From: Trueperaceae bacterium
GTDB taxonomy: Bacteria; Deinococcota; Deinococci; Deinococcales; Trueperaceae
Length of the DNA stretch: 64,000 bases
Direction: 5' to 3'
Assembly (NCBI GenBank): GCA_034521815.1
Contig: JAXHLW010000011.1
Location: 40,336 to 104,335, forward strand
Shown here: piece after piece, positions 1-10,598 of the stretch
Layout: each line of letters opens with the position of its first letter
Position numbering within the stretch: position 1 is the stretch's first letter
The notes under the pieces: model-generated
Database searches by the model: none
What the model was told of the DNA's origin: nothing
Seen by the model: only the letters and a program-made list of their open reading frames with translations
Translations under genes and position numbers: made by a program

Positions 1-1
1 T

Positions 2-967
2 GTCGATCGACGCGCCCAAGCTGAACGATCGGTCCTCGTCGCCCCTCGTGAACCCGGTCTCGAGCGAGAGCGTGGGCAGGACGTCCCGGACGGACGCGGC
101 CGCGCTGCGATCGGCCTCGGCGACGTCACGCAGGGCTGCCCGAACATCCGGCCGCCCGGCCCACGCCTCGTCGCTCCGCTCCGAAAGGGCGGGGGGCGCT
201 GGAAGCGGCCCTTGCGGCGAAGGCACCTGTCGTCCGAGCACCGTTTCGAGCGCCCGTCGCGCCAGCGCGAGCTGCCGCAAGGCGGCGTCCCGACTCTGCC
301 GAGCCCTCGCCAGGGCCAGCTCGGCCTCGGCGACGTCCAGGTCGCTCGCGGCTCCCGCCCTCAGGCGTTGGCGCACGGCGTCGGCCTCCAAGGCGGCCAG
401 CGTCGCCTCGTCCTCCGCCAACGCGACCGCGGTGCGAGCCCGAATCACCGTCTGGAACGCCTCCACCGCGTCGATCCGAGCGGATCGCGACGCCGCGGCC
501 AGGTCGTCCCGCGCCGCAGCGACGGACGCCCGGGCCCGTGCCAGCTCGTCCGCCCCGGCGCCGCGCAGCGCCGGATCGATGCGCACCGTCAGGCCGATCG
601 GCGCCACGTCGCCTCCGCCGAGGTCCTCCGCAGGGGCGCCGTCGGACGACACGAGCGATCCCACGCGACGGTCGTAGCCACCGGAGAGGAGAAGATCGAG
701 CGGCACGGCGGTCGCCGACGCTTGGAAGGCGGCCCGTTCCAGCGCCAACGACGCCACCCGGACGCTGGGCGCGTCGTCCACGAGCCTCAGCAGCTCCGCG
801 TAGCCCAGCGTCTCGCCGACGGCGGGCCCATCCTGAGCGTGAACGCCGGCCGCGACGACCACGAGGGCGACGACGACGAGAAGCAGGCGTGCGGGTCCAG
901 CGACGTGGCCACCGCCACGGCCCCGGGGAGGCGGCGGCTCGGTGACGAAGATCGGGTCTTGCAGCAC
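2..967 (-). CDS. TolC-family outer membrane efflux protein (runs off the window edge)
   Basis: Read manually; not in the ORF track. GTG at 967, then a signal-like stretch LLLVVVALVVVAAGVHAQ and helical TolC repeats (RQRLRAGAASDLDVAEAELALARA, GRPDVRAA, VLPTLSL). Confidence 0.75.
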   Translation of the reverse strand, partial: MLQDPIFVTEPPPPRGRGGGHVAGPARLLLVVVALVVVAAGVHAQDGPAVGETLGYAELLRLVDDAPSVRVASLALERAAFQASATAVPLDLLLSGGYDRRVGSLVSSDGAPAEDLGGGDVAPIGLTVRIDPALRGAGADELARARASVAAARDDLAAASRSARIDAVEAFQTVIRARTAVALAEDEATLAALEADAVRQRLRAGAASDLDVAEAELALARARQSRDAALRQLALARRALETVLGRQVPSPQGPLPAPPALSERSDEAWAGRPDVRAALRDVAEADRSAAASVRDVLPTLSLETGFTRGDEDRSFSLGASID

Positions 968-1028
968 GATGGAACTCCGTTCAGGGGGCTCGAGGTGGCG
1001 CACGAAGCGCGCAGAGGGGCGTGCGGCG

Positions 1029-1060
1029 ATCGCCACGAGACCGTATCGCCACGAGACCGT
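1029..1060. repeat. 16-bp tandem duplication (ATCGCCACGAGACCGT x2) upstream of the TolC gene
   Basis: Direct reading of the sequence. Confidence 0.85.
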
Positions 1061-1137
1061 AGGGACGAGCATGACGGATGGATCGGCCGCCGTCCTCCAC
1101 CCTCCGACGGAGACGGGACCGACAGCGGCACCGGAGC

Positions 1138-2325
1138 TCAGCCCAACACGTCCCGGTGGCGACGGAACACGTGAACCGCCAGCAGCGCGGCAGGCACCAG
1201 GAACGCATAGCTCGTCGCCAACGCCGGCACGATGCCGACCGCCTGCTGAAGCGCGCCGAAGGCGACGTACGCCACCCCGGCCACGCCCCAGGTGAAGCCC
1301 ATCAGCATGCCCGACGCCGTCGCGACCGCGTTGGGCGCCAGATCCTGTGCACTGAGCACCAGCAGCGGGATCGGCGCGTTCGTGAATCCTCCTGCGGCGG
1401 CCACCACGAGGTAGAACGCGACGGTGCCGGGCGTGAGCACGAGCGTGAGCAGCATCAGCGGCAAGGCCAGCGTCATCGCGCCGACGATCAGTCGGCCACG
1501 ACCGACGTACGGCTCCAACGAGCCGGCGATCACCAGCCCCGCCGACGCCGCGATCTGGTACGTGGCCAGCGTGAAGCCCAGGATGCCGGCGTCCGCCGCG
1601 AAGCCACGCACGTTCACCAGGTACAGGGGCATGGCGTTCAGGAAGCTGATGTAGGCGACGGCCCGAAGAATGCCGACCCCTGCCAGCAGGCCCACCGGAC
1701 CGGCGAACAGCTCGCGGTCGAACAGCTTGGGCCTCGCGTGACGTTCCGGCCGGGTCTGCTCCGGCGCGAGCGTCAACAGCGCGACGCCCAGCACCACCCC
1801 GATCGGAGCGAGCCACGGGATCGCCCAAGGCCCGTAGCTGCGCAGCAGCCACAGCGCGACGACCGGCATGACCGCCGACCCCAGCGGACCGCCCGAGCCG
1901 AACACGCCGATCGCCAGGCCCTTGCGTTTGCCCGCCTGCCGCGCCATGGACGCGGCGGCCGGATGGAACAGCGCCGATCCGAGACCGCCGATCGCGAGGA
2001 CCAGGAACAGCGCCCAGACGGTCGGCACGACCACGAGCAGGCTCATCAGCGAGGAGCCGACGATCAACCCCGCCGCGGCGGCGCGGCGGCGGCCCCAGCG
2101 GTCCGCCAGCGCTCCCGCGAACGCCTGCAGCACGTTCGACGAGAACGAGATCAGGGCGACGAATCCGGCCAGCGCCGCCTCGCCCAGGCCGAAGCGGATC
2201 TGGAGGGTCGGCAGGAACACCGGCAGGATGTTCGCGAAGGCGTCGTTGACGGCGTGCGCCGTGGTGAGCAGGACCGTCAGGCCGGCGGCCCCCAGGGCGG
2301 TGCGGCGAGCGACGAGACGCGTCAT
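1138..2325 (-). CDS. MFS transporter (Fsr-like)
   Basis: About 12 TM segments; HAVND, GALADRWGRR (motif A) and ALFHP motifs. ATG at 2325 lies 6 nt after TACACT. Confidence 0.85.
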   Translation of the reverse strand: MTRLVARRTALGAAGLTVLLTTAHAVNDAFANILPVFLPTLQIRFGLGEAALAGFVALISFSSNVLQAFAGALADRWGRRRAAAAGLIVGSSLMSLLVVVPTVWALFLVLAIGGLGSALFHPAAASMARQAGKRKGLAIGVFGSGGPLGSAVMPVVALWLLRSYGPWAIPWLAPIGVVLGVALLTLAPEQTRPERHARPKLFDRELFAGPVGLLAGVGILRAVAYISFLNAMPLYLVNVRGFAADAGILGFTLATYQIAASAGLVIAGSLEPYVGRGRLIVGAMTLALPLMLLTLVLTPGTVAFYLVVAAAGGFTNAPIPLLVLSAQDLAPNAVATASGMLMGFTWGVAGVAYVAFGALQQAVGIVPALATSYAFLVPAALLAVHVFRRHRDVLG

Positions 2326-2548
2326 CCGCGCAGTGTACGCAGGAACGCTGCGAGCCGCTCGTACGTCGGCGACGACGGGCACCCCGGCCAGGACTCGTCG
2401 GCCGGGACTCGTCGGTCGCCGGGGACGGTCGACGTCGGTCGTTCTCCGGCATACGCTCCGCCGTGCACGCGCTACGCGTGGGTGCGGCTCGCTCGCGCCA
2501 GGCGCTGGCCTGCGCAGACGCGGTGCGGAGCCTTCGGAGGTCGCCTTC

Positions 2549-3511
2549 ATGATCCATCCTCGCTACGTTCGCGTCTTTCTCACCCTCTCCCTCGCCTCGC
2601 TCTGCCTCGTCGCCACGGCGTCCCTCGAGCCGCTACTTCTCGGCGGCCGTCACGAGCTGGCTGCGGCCGAGACGCACGATGGCACGGTGACGGTGATCGC
2701 CGGCGACCTGACGATCGCGGCGGGCGCCCGCCTGGACGGCGCGCTGACCCTGATCGGCGGCCGGCTGGCGCTGCTCGGCACGGTGGACGGCACGGTCCAC
2801 GCGTACGGCGCGACGGTCGAGCTGCGCGACGGCTCGCGCATCGGCGGCTCGCTGGAGCTCACAGCGTCGGAGCTGGTGCGCGACGGGGGCTCGGTGGTGA
2901 CCGGCGCCGTCCATCGCGACGCGGACTGGCGTGTGGACATCGACGTTCCGCGCGACTGGGAGCGCGCCCTGCCCCGCGGCCGCACGCTGCCTTGGACGGT
3001 CCCCACCGCCGCGGTCGGTACGGACCTGCAGGCGTTCTGGATCGTGCTGCAGGCCGGGCTGATGGCGCTCCTCGCGTTCGTGCTGGCGCGCCTGGCGCCG
3101 TTCCGGCTGGACCGGATCGGCGACGCGGTCGTGGGCGACCCGGTCCGAGCTGGGCTGAGCGGTCTGCTGGCCGCCGTGGTGACGGCGCTGGCCGCCGCGC
3201 TGCTGGCCGTCACCCTGATCGGCATCCCGGTCGCGATGCTGGTGGCCCTGGCCGCGTGGCTGGCGACGCTGCTGGGCTTGGCCGCGATGGCGGACCGGCT
3301 GGGCCAGCGGACGTGGCCCGAGGGCCGCGACCGGGGAGCCCGCGCCGCCCTGGGCGGATTCCTGTTGGGCCTCGGATGGGCGGCGCTGGCCTTCGTTCCG
3401 ATCCTGGGCGGTCCCGTCCGCTCGGTCGCTGGCCTGGTCGCGCTCGGCGCCGTCGTCCGCACCCGCGTGGGAGAGGGATCGCGACGGCCGGCGACGTCCC
3501 CTGAGCGCTGA
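2549..3511 (+). CDS. Membrane protein with N-terminal bactofilin/polymer-forming-like beta-repeat and C-terminal TM domain
   Basis: GGAGG RBS, signal peptide, DGTVTVIAGDLTI/GTVDGTVHAYGATV beta repeats, then 5-6 TM helices. Confidence 0.65.
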   Translation: MIHPRYVRVFLTLSLASLCLVATASLEPLLLGGRHELAAAETHDGTVTVIAGDLTIAAGARLDGALTLIGGRLALLGTVDGTVHAYGATVELRDGSRIGGSLELTASELVRDGGSVVTGAVHRDADWRVDIDVPRDWERALPRGRTLPWTVPTAAVGTDLQAFWIVLQAGLMALLAFVLARLAPFRLDRIGDAVVGDPVRAGLSGLLAAVVTALAAALLAVTLIGIPVAMLVALAAWLATLLGLAAMADRLGQRTWPEGRDRGARAALGGFLLGLGWAALAFVPILGGPVRSVAGLVALGAVVRTRVGEGSRRPATSPER

Positions 3512-3519
3512 GGCGCGCC

Positions 3520-4302
3520 TCAGCGGCTCGCGGTGGTCTGATTGACGCTGAACACGGCTCCGAACGGGTCGGTGACGACCGCGATCCGACCGTACTCGGT
3601 GTCGAACGGGCGCACGGAGACCGTGCCGCCCGCCTCTTCGGCCGTACGGGCGGCGGCGTCGCAATCCTCGACCTCGAAGTACGGCATCCAGTGCGGGGGC
3701 ACGCCCTCCCACTCGGCGGTCATCTCGAGAATGCCGGCCACCGCCTCGTCGTCCTTCCAGAGCACGTAGTACACGGTCGGGACGGCGTCGCTCTCCAGCC
3801 GGCGGGCCTCGACGCCCATCAGCGCTTGGTAGAACGCCCGCGCGGTCTCGCCGTCGGGCACGTTCACCTCGCACCAGCCCATCGTTCCGTGCTCGTGCGT
3901 GACGCCGAACCCGTCGTGCGCCAACGGCTGCCATAGCCCGAACACCGCGCCTCCGGGGTCTTTGGCGATCGCCATGTGGCCCATGCCGGGCACCTCCATC
4001 GGTCCGTCCAGCACCGATCCCCCGAGCTCGGTCACGCGGTCGGCCATCGCCGCGGCGTCCCCGGCCGCGAGGTACACCGTCCAGGCGGGCGGCGTCGTCG
4101 CACCGTCGGGCCGCTGTCCGATCCCCGCCGCGGAACGTCCGTCGACGAGCGCCATGTGGTAGTGCCCGTACTCGGGGCCGCTGACGTCGTACGTCCAGCC
4201 GAACAGCCGAGCGTAGAACGCTGCGGCCTCCGCGGCGTCGGGCGCGACCAGATCGAACCAGCAGGGGGTGCCAGGCGTAGGTGCTCGGTCGTGACGGGTC
4301 AT
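3520..4302 (-). CDS. Two-domain VOC/glyoxalase family protein
   Basis: PCWFDL...AFYARLFGW, DPGGAVFGLWQ, HWMPYF and DPFGAVF; AAGGAGG RBS. Confidence 0.85.
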   Translation of the reverse strand: MTRHDRAPTPGTPCWFDLVAPDAAEAAAFYARLFGWTYDVSGPEYGHYHMALVDGRSAAGIGQRPDGATTPPAWTVYLAAGDAAAMADRVTELGGSVLDGPMEVPGMGHMAIAKDPGGAVFGLWQPLAHDGFGVTHEHGTMGWCEVNVPDGETARAFYQALMGVEARRLESDAVPTVYYVLWKDDEAVAGILEMTAEWEGVPPHWMPYFEVEDCDAAARTAEEAGGTVSVRPFDTEYGRIAVVTDPFGAVFSVNQTTASR

Positions 4303-4457
4303 GATGGTGTCCTCCTTCGTCCCGGAGCTCCGGGAGGCCAGCCTACGCTGCGGCGCGCCGGCGCGCCGTGCGACCGTACGTCGCCCGATCGTCACGACGC
4401 GCGCTGGCATCGCACATGTATACGCGCCCTGCCCGTTCGCCGTAGACTGCTCGGACG

Positions 4458-6263
4458 ATGGAGACGAGGGAGCCCCCGGCGGGACGACGGGCACGACACA
4501 TCAGCATGCCCTGCGCGAGAGGCTCGAGGTCTTCTCGACGCTGTTTCCCGGTGTCCTGTTCCTGTGGCGGCAGGATCCGGACGGCCGCTTCAGCGCTCCG
4601 TACGCCAGCGACGGCATCACGACCATGTTCGAGCTGTCGCCCGAGATGGTCGCCACGGACGCGTCGGCGATGATCGCGAAGATCCACCCGGGCGATCTCG
4701 ATGCGTTCCTCGCCGCGATCGACGAGTCGCGTCGCACGCTGACGCTCTGGTCGCACGAGTTTCGGATCGTGCACGACGACGGGAGCACGCGGGCGATCAG
4801 CGGACAGTCGATGCCGGAGCGTGCGCCCGACGGCTCCACCATCTGGACCGGCTTCGTGACCGACGTGACCGAGCGGCGGTTCATGCACGATCGGCTTCGC
4901 CTGATCACCGACGCTCTGCAGGACGTCGTCGTGCTGACGGACGCCGAGTCGAGGGTGAGCTTCGTGACCCCCAGCGTCCGTACCGTGTTGGGCCGTGACC
5001 CCAAGGACGTGACCGGTCGGTCGGTGCTGGAGCTGTTCGAGCAGGGCGGCCGCCAAGCCGTACGCGCGGCACTGCAATCGCCGTCCGACCAGGTGATCGA
5101 GGCGCGGGGGGCGCACGCGCTGGGGCACGAGGTGTGGCTCGAGGCGACGCTCCACCGCATCGACGGCGAGGGCACGGTGCTGGCCTGTCGGGACGTGACG
5201 CAACGCGTTCGCGACCGACGCGATCTGCAGCGAGAGGTGGCGTACCGTCGGACGCTCGTGGAGCTGACCCGCGACATGTTGTCGGCCGAGCTCGACGAGC
5301 GCTTCTATCAGCTGCTCATGGAACGCGCGATCGAGCTGGTGCCCGACGCCGAAGGCGGCAGCATGGTGCTCTGGGACGAGGAGGATCAGCGCTACGACTT
5401 CGTCGCCGCGCAAGGCTTCGATCTCTCCGTTCTCCGGACGATCCGGCTGACGCCCGAGGAGCTGGACCGAAGCGATCCTCCCCGCGTCGAGCGCATCGAG
5501 GTGCACAAGACCAACGGGCGGCTGGACGCGGCGACCCAGGCTCGGTTTCGCGCCGCGGGCCGCCTGGACGAGCTCAAGATGACGCTCTCGGTCCCGATCA
5601 CCTCGCGCGGCAGCGCTGCCGGCTTCCTGAACCTGGACAACTTCCGTCGCGCGGACGCGTTCGGCAGCGAGGCCATCGAAGCGGCCGAGGCGCTGGCCGT
5701 GCAGGTCGGGCTGGCGTTCCAGCGCCTCCAGCTCGAGGCGTCGCTCCGCGCGGAGCGGACGCGCTACCAGCACCTCGCCGGGCACGACCCGCTCACCGGC
5801 GTGCCCAACCGGCGGCTGTTCCAGGACCGCCTCACGAGGGCCCTGGCGCGAGCGAACCGCCGCGGCGGTCACGTCGGGCTGATCTACGTGGACTTGGACG
5901 AGTTCAAGACGGTGAACGACCGCCACGGCCACGCCGCGGGCGACGCGCTGCTGCGCGCCGTGGCGATGCGCCTTCGCGACACCGTGCGGGAGGAGGACAC
6001 GGTCGCTCGGCTCGGTGGCGACGAGTTCGCCGTCGTGCTGTCGGAGCTGACGGTTCCAGGACGACGCCGCGGAGGTCGTCGACAAACTCCACGGCGCGCT
6101 GAGCGACCCGTTCCGCCACGACGGGCTCGAGCTTCGTGTGAGCGCCAGCATCGGCTGCGCCGTCTTCCCCGCCGACGGCGCGGACGCCGACGATCTGATG
6201 CGGGCGGCGGACGCGGCGATGTACGAGGCCAAGCCCAAGGAGCGTCAGACCCAGCGCGACTGA
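4458..6263 (+). CDS. PAS-PAS-GAF-GGDEF diguanylate cyclase (frameshift ~6058; start uncertain, possibly a second indel)
   Basis: HDPLTG, DLDEFK, RxxD I-site (REED) and GGDEF. The C-terminus SASIGCAVFP...ADAAMYEAK continues in another frame to TGA 6263. Confidence 0.8.
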
Positions 6264-6285
6264 CCGCTGCGTGGGGTCGTCGCGC

Positions 6286-6694
6286 TCAGTGCATCCAGGG
6301 CGTGTACGCCAGCCCGATCAACAGCCCTTCGGGCCCGGACAGGCGCGCGACGGTCTGGCCCCACGTCTCGGTCTTGGCGCCGTGGATCAGGCGCTGGCCC
6401 TGCGCCTCGAGCTCGGCCGCCGCCTCCGCGACGGCGGCCTCGCTCGGCCATCTCGAACTCGATAGTGGCTTGAGGAACGGGGTACGCCTCGGGCCAGTCG
6501 TAGGTGCCGAAGCAGGTGTGCGCCGCCATCGACAGCGGCCAGACGCCCAGATGCTTCACGCCTGCGAGCTCCTCGCTGGACAGGTACTCGCCCTCGCCCT
6601 CGAGGGGCAGGCCCAGGAGGTCGCGGTAGAACGCGGTGCCCTGCTGCGCATCGGGGACGATCGGGGTGACGCCGGCGACGAATTCGATCTTCAT
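6286..6694 (-). CDS. VOC/glyoxalase family protein (frameshift ~6445)
   Basis: MKIEFVAG...AFYRDLLGLPL, continuing in a shifted frame as ETWGQTVARLSGPEGLLIGLAYTPWMH*; AAGGAG RBS. Confidence 0.75.
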
Positions 6695-6810
6695 GGTGGG
6701 CTCCTTCTGGCCGGGGCTCGCGTCGACCGGCGGCTCGTGGCGTGCGGTCCGCGCCCGACGGTCGGCGCCCGGCGGTCGGTGTCGAGTGACGGCGACCTGC
6801 AGGGTAGCGA

Positions 6811-6846
6811 GTCTACCGAAAACCATGCCTGGGATTTCCGGTAGAC
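6811..6846. promoter_or_regulatory. Imperfect inverted repeat (GTCTACCG-N20-CGGTAGAC), candidate operator in a divergent intergenic region
   Basis: Perfect 8-bp arms with further AAA/TTT symmetry inside. Confidence 0.45.
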
Positions 6847-6881
6847 ACGGGGACATCCTCGCTTGCAGAAGGAGGTCCACC

Positions 6882-7013
6882 ATGATCCAGTCCATTCCGA
6901 CCTCGGCGCTGTTCGACCGTCCCGCTCGACTCCGTCAGGAAGCCCGCCTGGTGCGGGTGCTCCGCGAGCTGCGCGCCGCAGCGGCGGCCCGCCACGCGAG
7001 GACGGACCGCTGA
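6882..7013 (+). CDS. Small hypothetical protein (43 aa)
   Basis: Strong AAGGAGG RBS before ATG; helical sequence RLRQEARLVRVLRELR. Confidence 0.55.
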   Translation: MIQSIPTSALFDRPARLRQEARLVRVLRELRAAAAARHARTDR

Positions 7014-7045
7014 CGAACGACCCGATCCGGTACGCTCGACGCATC

Positions 7046-8671
7046 ATGACCGAGACCCTGCGCACCATCACCGACGTCGCCCACGAGCTCGGGCTCGATC
7101 CCGACACCGTCCGGACGCTGGGCCGCCACAAGGCCAAGGTCCAGCTGCCTCCCGCCGGCACGTCCGACGACCCGGACCGTCAAGGCCGGCTGGTCCTCGT
7201 CAGCGCGATCATGCCCACCAAGGCGGGCGAGGGAAAGACCACCGTCAGCGTCGGGCTCGCAGACGGCCTCCGCCGCGTCGGCCGCAAGGTCGCGCTGTGC
7301 CTGCGCGAGCCGTCCCTCGGCCCGGTGTTCGGGATCAAGGGCGGCGGCACGGGGGGCGGACGGGCGCAGGTCGAGCCCGCGGCCGACATCAACTTGCACT
7401 TCACCGGCGACATGCACGCCGTCACCGCCGCCCACAACCTGCTTTCGGCGATGATCGACACCGACCTGCACTTCGGCGGCGCCAGCGGCCTGACGCCGGA
7501 GCGCGTCACCTGGCCGCGCGTCCTGGACGTGAACGACCGCGCGCTTCGGAAGGTGATCGTCTCGGCCGGGCGCGAGACGGAGCGCACGACCCGTTTCGAC
7601 ATCACGGCCGCCAGCGAGATCATGGCGGTGCTCTCGCTGGCCGAGTCCCTGGACGACCTGCGAAGCCGGATCGCCCGCATCGTGGTCGGCACCAGCGAAG
7701 ACGGCGCCGACGTCACCGCGAACGATCTGGGCGCGGTCGACGCCATGGTGGCGCTGCTGCGCGACGCGCTCGAGCCCAACCTGGTCCAGACGCGCGAAGG
7801 CGCGCCCGCCTTCGTCCACGGCGGACCGTTCGGCAACATCGCCCACGGCTGCTCCAGCGTGGTCGCGACCCGCACCGCGCTGCGCCACGCCAGCGAGGTG
7901 GTGACCGAGGCCGGGTTCGGGTTCGACCTCGGTGGCGAGAAGTTCTTGGACATCAAGATGCGCCAGTCGGGACTGTGGCCGCGTGCGGTGGTGCTCGTCG
8001 CGACGGTGCGGGCGCTGGCCGCCCACGGCGACGGCGACGTGGCGCGTGGCTTGGCGCACCTCGACCGGCAGCTGGCCAACGTGCGCGCCTTCGGTCTGCC
8101 GACGGTCGTGGCGATCAACGTGTTCGCCAACGACGACGAGGACGATCTGCGCGCGCTGGAGCGTCACTGCGAGGAGGCGGGCGTCCCGTCGGCCCGGATC
8201 ACCTCGTTCGCCGACGGCGGACCGGGCGGCGAGGCGCTGGCGGGAGCGGTGTTGGAGGTCCTCGACGCCACCGACGCCGATCCACCCCGGCCCCGCTTCC
8301 TCTACCGCGACGAGATGCCCCTGGCCGACAAGATCCGCACCGTCGCCCAGCGTCTCTACGGCGCCGGCTCGGTCACGTTCCGCGACGCCGCCGAGCGGCA
8401 GCTCGAAGCGCTGACGAAGGCGGGCCACGGCCGGCTGCCGGTGTGCATCGCCAAGACGCACCTGTCGTTCAGCGGCGACCCCAAGGCGGGCGGTCTGGCC
8501 GAGGGGTTCGATCTCGAGGTCCGCGCGGTCCGGCTCTCGGCCGGCGCCGGCTTCGTGGTCCCGCTGATCGGTCGGATCGTGACGATGCCGGCGCTGGGTC
8601 GCGACCCGGCCGCGAAGCACGTCCGGGTCGCGACCGATGGCACGATCTCGGGCCTGATGCAGGGCGAATAG
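7046..8671 (+). CDS. fhs: Formate--tetrahydrofolate ligase
   Basis: PTKAGEGKTT, LREPSLGPVFGIKGG, INLHFTGDMHA, HGGPFGNIAHG, TEAGFG and PVCIAKT motifs. Confidence 0.97.
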   Translation: MTETLRTITDVAHELGLDPDTVRTLGRHKAKVQLPPAGTSDDPDRQGRLVLVSAIMPTKAGEGKTTVSVGLADGLRRVGRKVALCLREPSLGPVFGIKGGGTGGGRAQVEPAADINLHFTGDMHAVTAAHNLLSAMIDTDLHFGGASGLTPERVTWPRVLDVNDRALRKVIVSAGRETERTTRFDITAASEIMAVLSLAESLDDLRSRIARIVVGTSEDGADVTANDLGAVDAMVALLRDALEPNLVQTREGAPAFVHGGPFGNIAHGCSSVVATRTALRHASEVVTEAGFGFDLGGEKFLDIKMRQSGLWPRAVVLVATVRALAAHGDGDVARGLAHLDRQLANVRAFGLPTVVAINVFANDDEDDLRALERHCEEAGVPSARITSFADGGPGGEALAGAVLEVLDATDADPPRPRFLYRDEMPLADKIRTVAQRLYGAGSVTFRDAAERQLEALTKAGHGRLPVCIAKTHLSFSGDPKAGGLAEGFDLEVRAVRLSAGAGFVVPLIGRIVTMPALGRDPAAKHVRVATDGTISGLMQGE

Positions 8672-8740
8672 CGCGCCGGCTGGGCTCGCCGCCGGCCGCG
8701 CGCGGCGCCGGCTGAGCGGCGGGCCCGACCCGCGCCGACC

Positions 8741-9127
8741 TCAGCTGGATTGGAGCTCTCGGCCCCCGTCGCCGTCCGCGTGCGGCTTGCCGACGTCCGT
8801 TTCGTTCTGGCTCGCCTCGGAGCCGGCAGGGTCGGCGACCTTGACCACGCTGATCGTCAGGTTCGCGACCAGCGCCGCGATCGCGCCGATCCCCGCCCAG
8901 ACGGGCAGGAGGGCGGTACCGATCACGCCCAGCGTCAGCGGGATCTCGATCAGCGTCTTGCCGTCCTCGTTCTTCAACGTGATGCGGCGGACGTTGCCCT
9001 CTCGCACCAGCTCCTTGACCTTGGAGACGACCCGCTCGCCCGAGACCTGGAACTCCTCGGTGAAGGTCCGTCCCTCTTCCCTGCTGCCCGTGTTCGTGTT
9101 CGCCTGGTCGTGATGGTCGTCGCTCAT
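8741..9127 (-). CDS. DUF4342 domain-containing protein
   Basis: KVKELVREGNVRRITLK...LIEIPLTLG is characteristic of this family. Confidence 0.8.
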   Translation of the reverse strand: MSDDHHDQANTNTGSREEGRTFTEEFQVSGERVVSKVKELVREGNVRRITLKNEDGKTLIEIPLTLGVIGTALLPVWAGIGAIAALVANLTISVVKVADPAGSEASQNETDVGKPHADGDGGRELQSS

Positions 9128-9405
9128 CGTGATCCTTCCTCTCCGGATCCGTCGGACCCGTGGGGCGTCGCCCCGTGCACACGATCGTAGGCCCGCGTCG
9201 CGAACGCCGCCTCGGCCGAAGGGTGGAGAACGGTCGGCGGCGAGGCCCTCGCGCGAGCCTGCACCGAACGGCGCTCATCCAGGCCGAGTCAGACGGCCGT
9301 AGCGCCTCAACACCTCGCGAAGCGGCTCGTGCGGGAGCGAAGGGTAGTACGCGCGGTCGACGCCATGGTGGCGCTGGGCATCGTCGATCAGCTGCCCGGC
9401 CCGAC

Positions 9406-10479
9406 TCAGGCAGCGTCCGCCGACGCGTCGCTCGCGCCCACGACGCGGTTCTTGCCCAGACGCTTGGCGCGGTACAGGCGCCGATCGGCGCGTTCGAGCA
9501 GCTCCGCGACGGTCGTCAGCGGCTCGAACGTCGCGACGCCGAAGCTGGCCGTGACCCCGACGCCGCCCGAGTAGAGGTGGCGCTGAACCTCGTCCCGGAC
9601 GCGTTCGGCCAACCTCAGCGCCTGTTCGTGGTCCGCGTCGGGAGCGATGATCAGGAACTCCTCGCCTCCCCAGCGGCCCAGCACGTCGCCGGTCCGTAGC
9701 AGCGGTCGCACGCTGCGCCCGACCTGCTCCAGGACGCGGTCCCCGACGTGGTGACCGTGAACGTCGTTGACGCGCTTGAAGTCGTCGATGTCGAAGAACA
9801 CGACCGAGAGCGCCAGGTCGTGACGGAGGGCCAGCGAGGCGTAGCGGTGCAGATTCTCCTCGATCCCGCGACGGTTCGGAAGGTGCGTGAGCGCGTCGAG
9901 GTACGCCATCTCGCGCATCTTCTCGGTCTCCATCAGGGCGCTCGCGTGATCGTCCTTGCTGCGCGCCAGCGCGTAGAGCATCAGCATCGTCACCGCCAGC
10001 GCCCCTTCGTACGCGATCAGCTGCGCTGCAGAGCCCACCGGAGCTCCGACCCGCGAGCCCACGACCAGCCAGGCGGCGGTGATCGCGACCGCGACGGCCA
10101 GCTCGGCCGCCGAGAGGATCAGCGCCGTTCGCGTGGCGAACAACAGGTACGCCAGAATCGCGAGCACGATGAAGATCATGAACACGTCGGGGGTGAGCCG
10201 CTGCGCGACCGGCAGTGCGGCGTCCGACCAGAAGAACCGCGACGCCACGATCCAGACCCAGAACAGGGCGAGGAAGACGTACGAGATGCTCATCACGGTC
10301 CGGGTCGCCAACCGCCTCCTGGCCAAGGCCCAGAACGCCCAGCACAGCTGGAGCGCCAGCACCGGATACCCGAACGCCTCCAGCGGAGACGCGGACGCGA
10401 ACCGTCCCAGCGCCAGCAGCGTCGGAACGGCCAGGGCGATCACGGCGAGCAGGAGCGGACGGTGTCGGTCCAGGTTCAT
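9406..10479 (-). CDS. Membrane-anchored diguanylate cyclase
   Basis: About 6 TM segments, DALTHLPNRR, DIDDFK, RTGD I-site and GGEEF. Confidence 0.92.
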   Translation of the reverse strand: MNLDRHRPLLLAVIALAVPTLLALGRFASASPLEAFGYPVLALQLCWAFWALARRRLATRTVMSISYVFLALFWVWIVASRFFWSDAALPVAQRLTPDVFMIFIVLAILAYLLFATRTALILSAAELAVAVAITAAWLVVGSRVGAPVGSAAQLIAYEGALAVTMLMLYALARSKDDHASALMETEKMREMAYLDALTHLPNRRGIEENLHRYASLALRHDLALSVVFFDIDDFKRVNDVHGHHVGDRVLEQVGRSVRPLLRTGDVLGRWGGEEFLIIAPDADHEQALRLAERVRDEVQRHLYSGGVGVTASFGVATFEPLTTVAELLERADRRLYRAKRLGKNRVVGASDASADAA

Positions 10480-10598
10480 GGGCCCCCTGCACGGGGCCGT
10501 GACCGGCAGAAGCAGCGAGACGCTCCGCGACGCTCCGTCATGGTGGCAAGCCCTCGCTCACGGGTCCTGTCAGTCGCTGCGGTCGCGCCGTGGGCGCG

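Noticed and set aside
4301-6844. 847-aa cyclase with a long C-terminal extension
   Set aside because: A frameshift near 6058 causes the extension; the GGDEF tail ends at 6263 and the extension overlaps a real VOC gene.
6781-6881. THF or ZMP/ZTP riboswitch upstream of fhs
   Set aside because: Only fragments (TGACGGCG, GCCTGGG) are present. The stems and pseudoknot cannot be built, and a small ORF intervenes.
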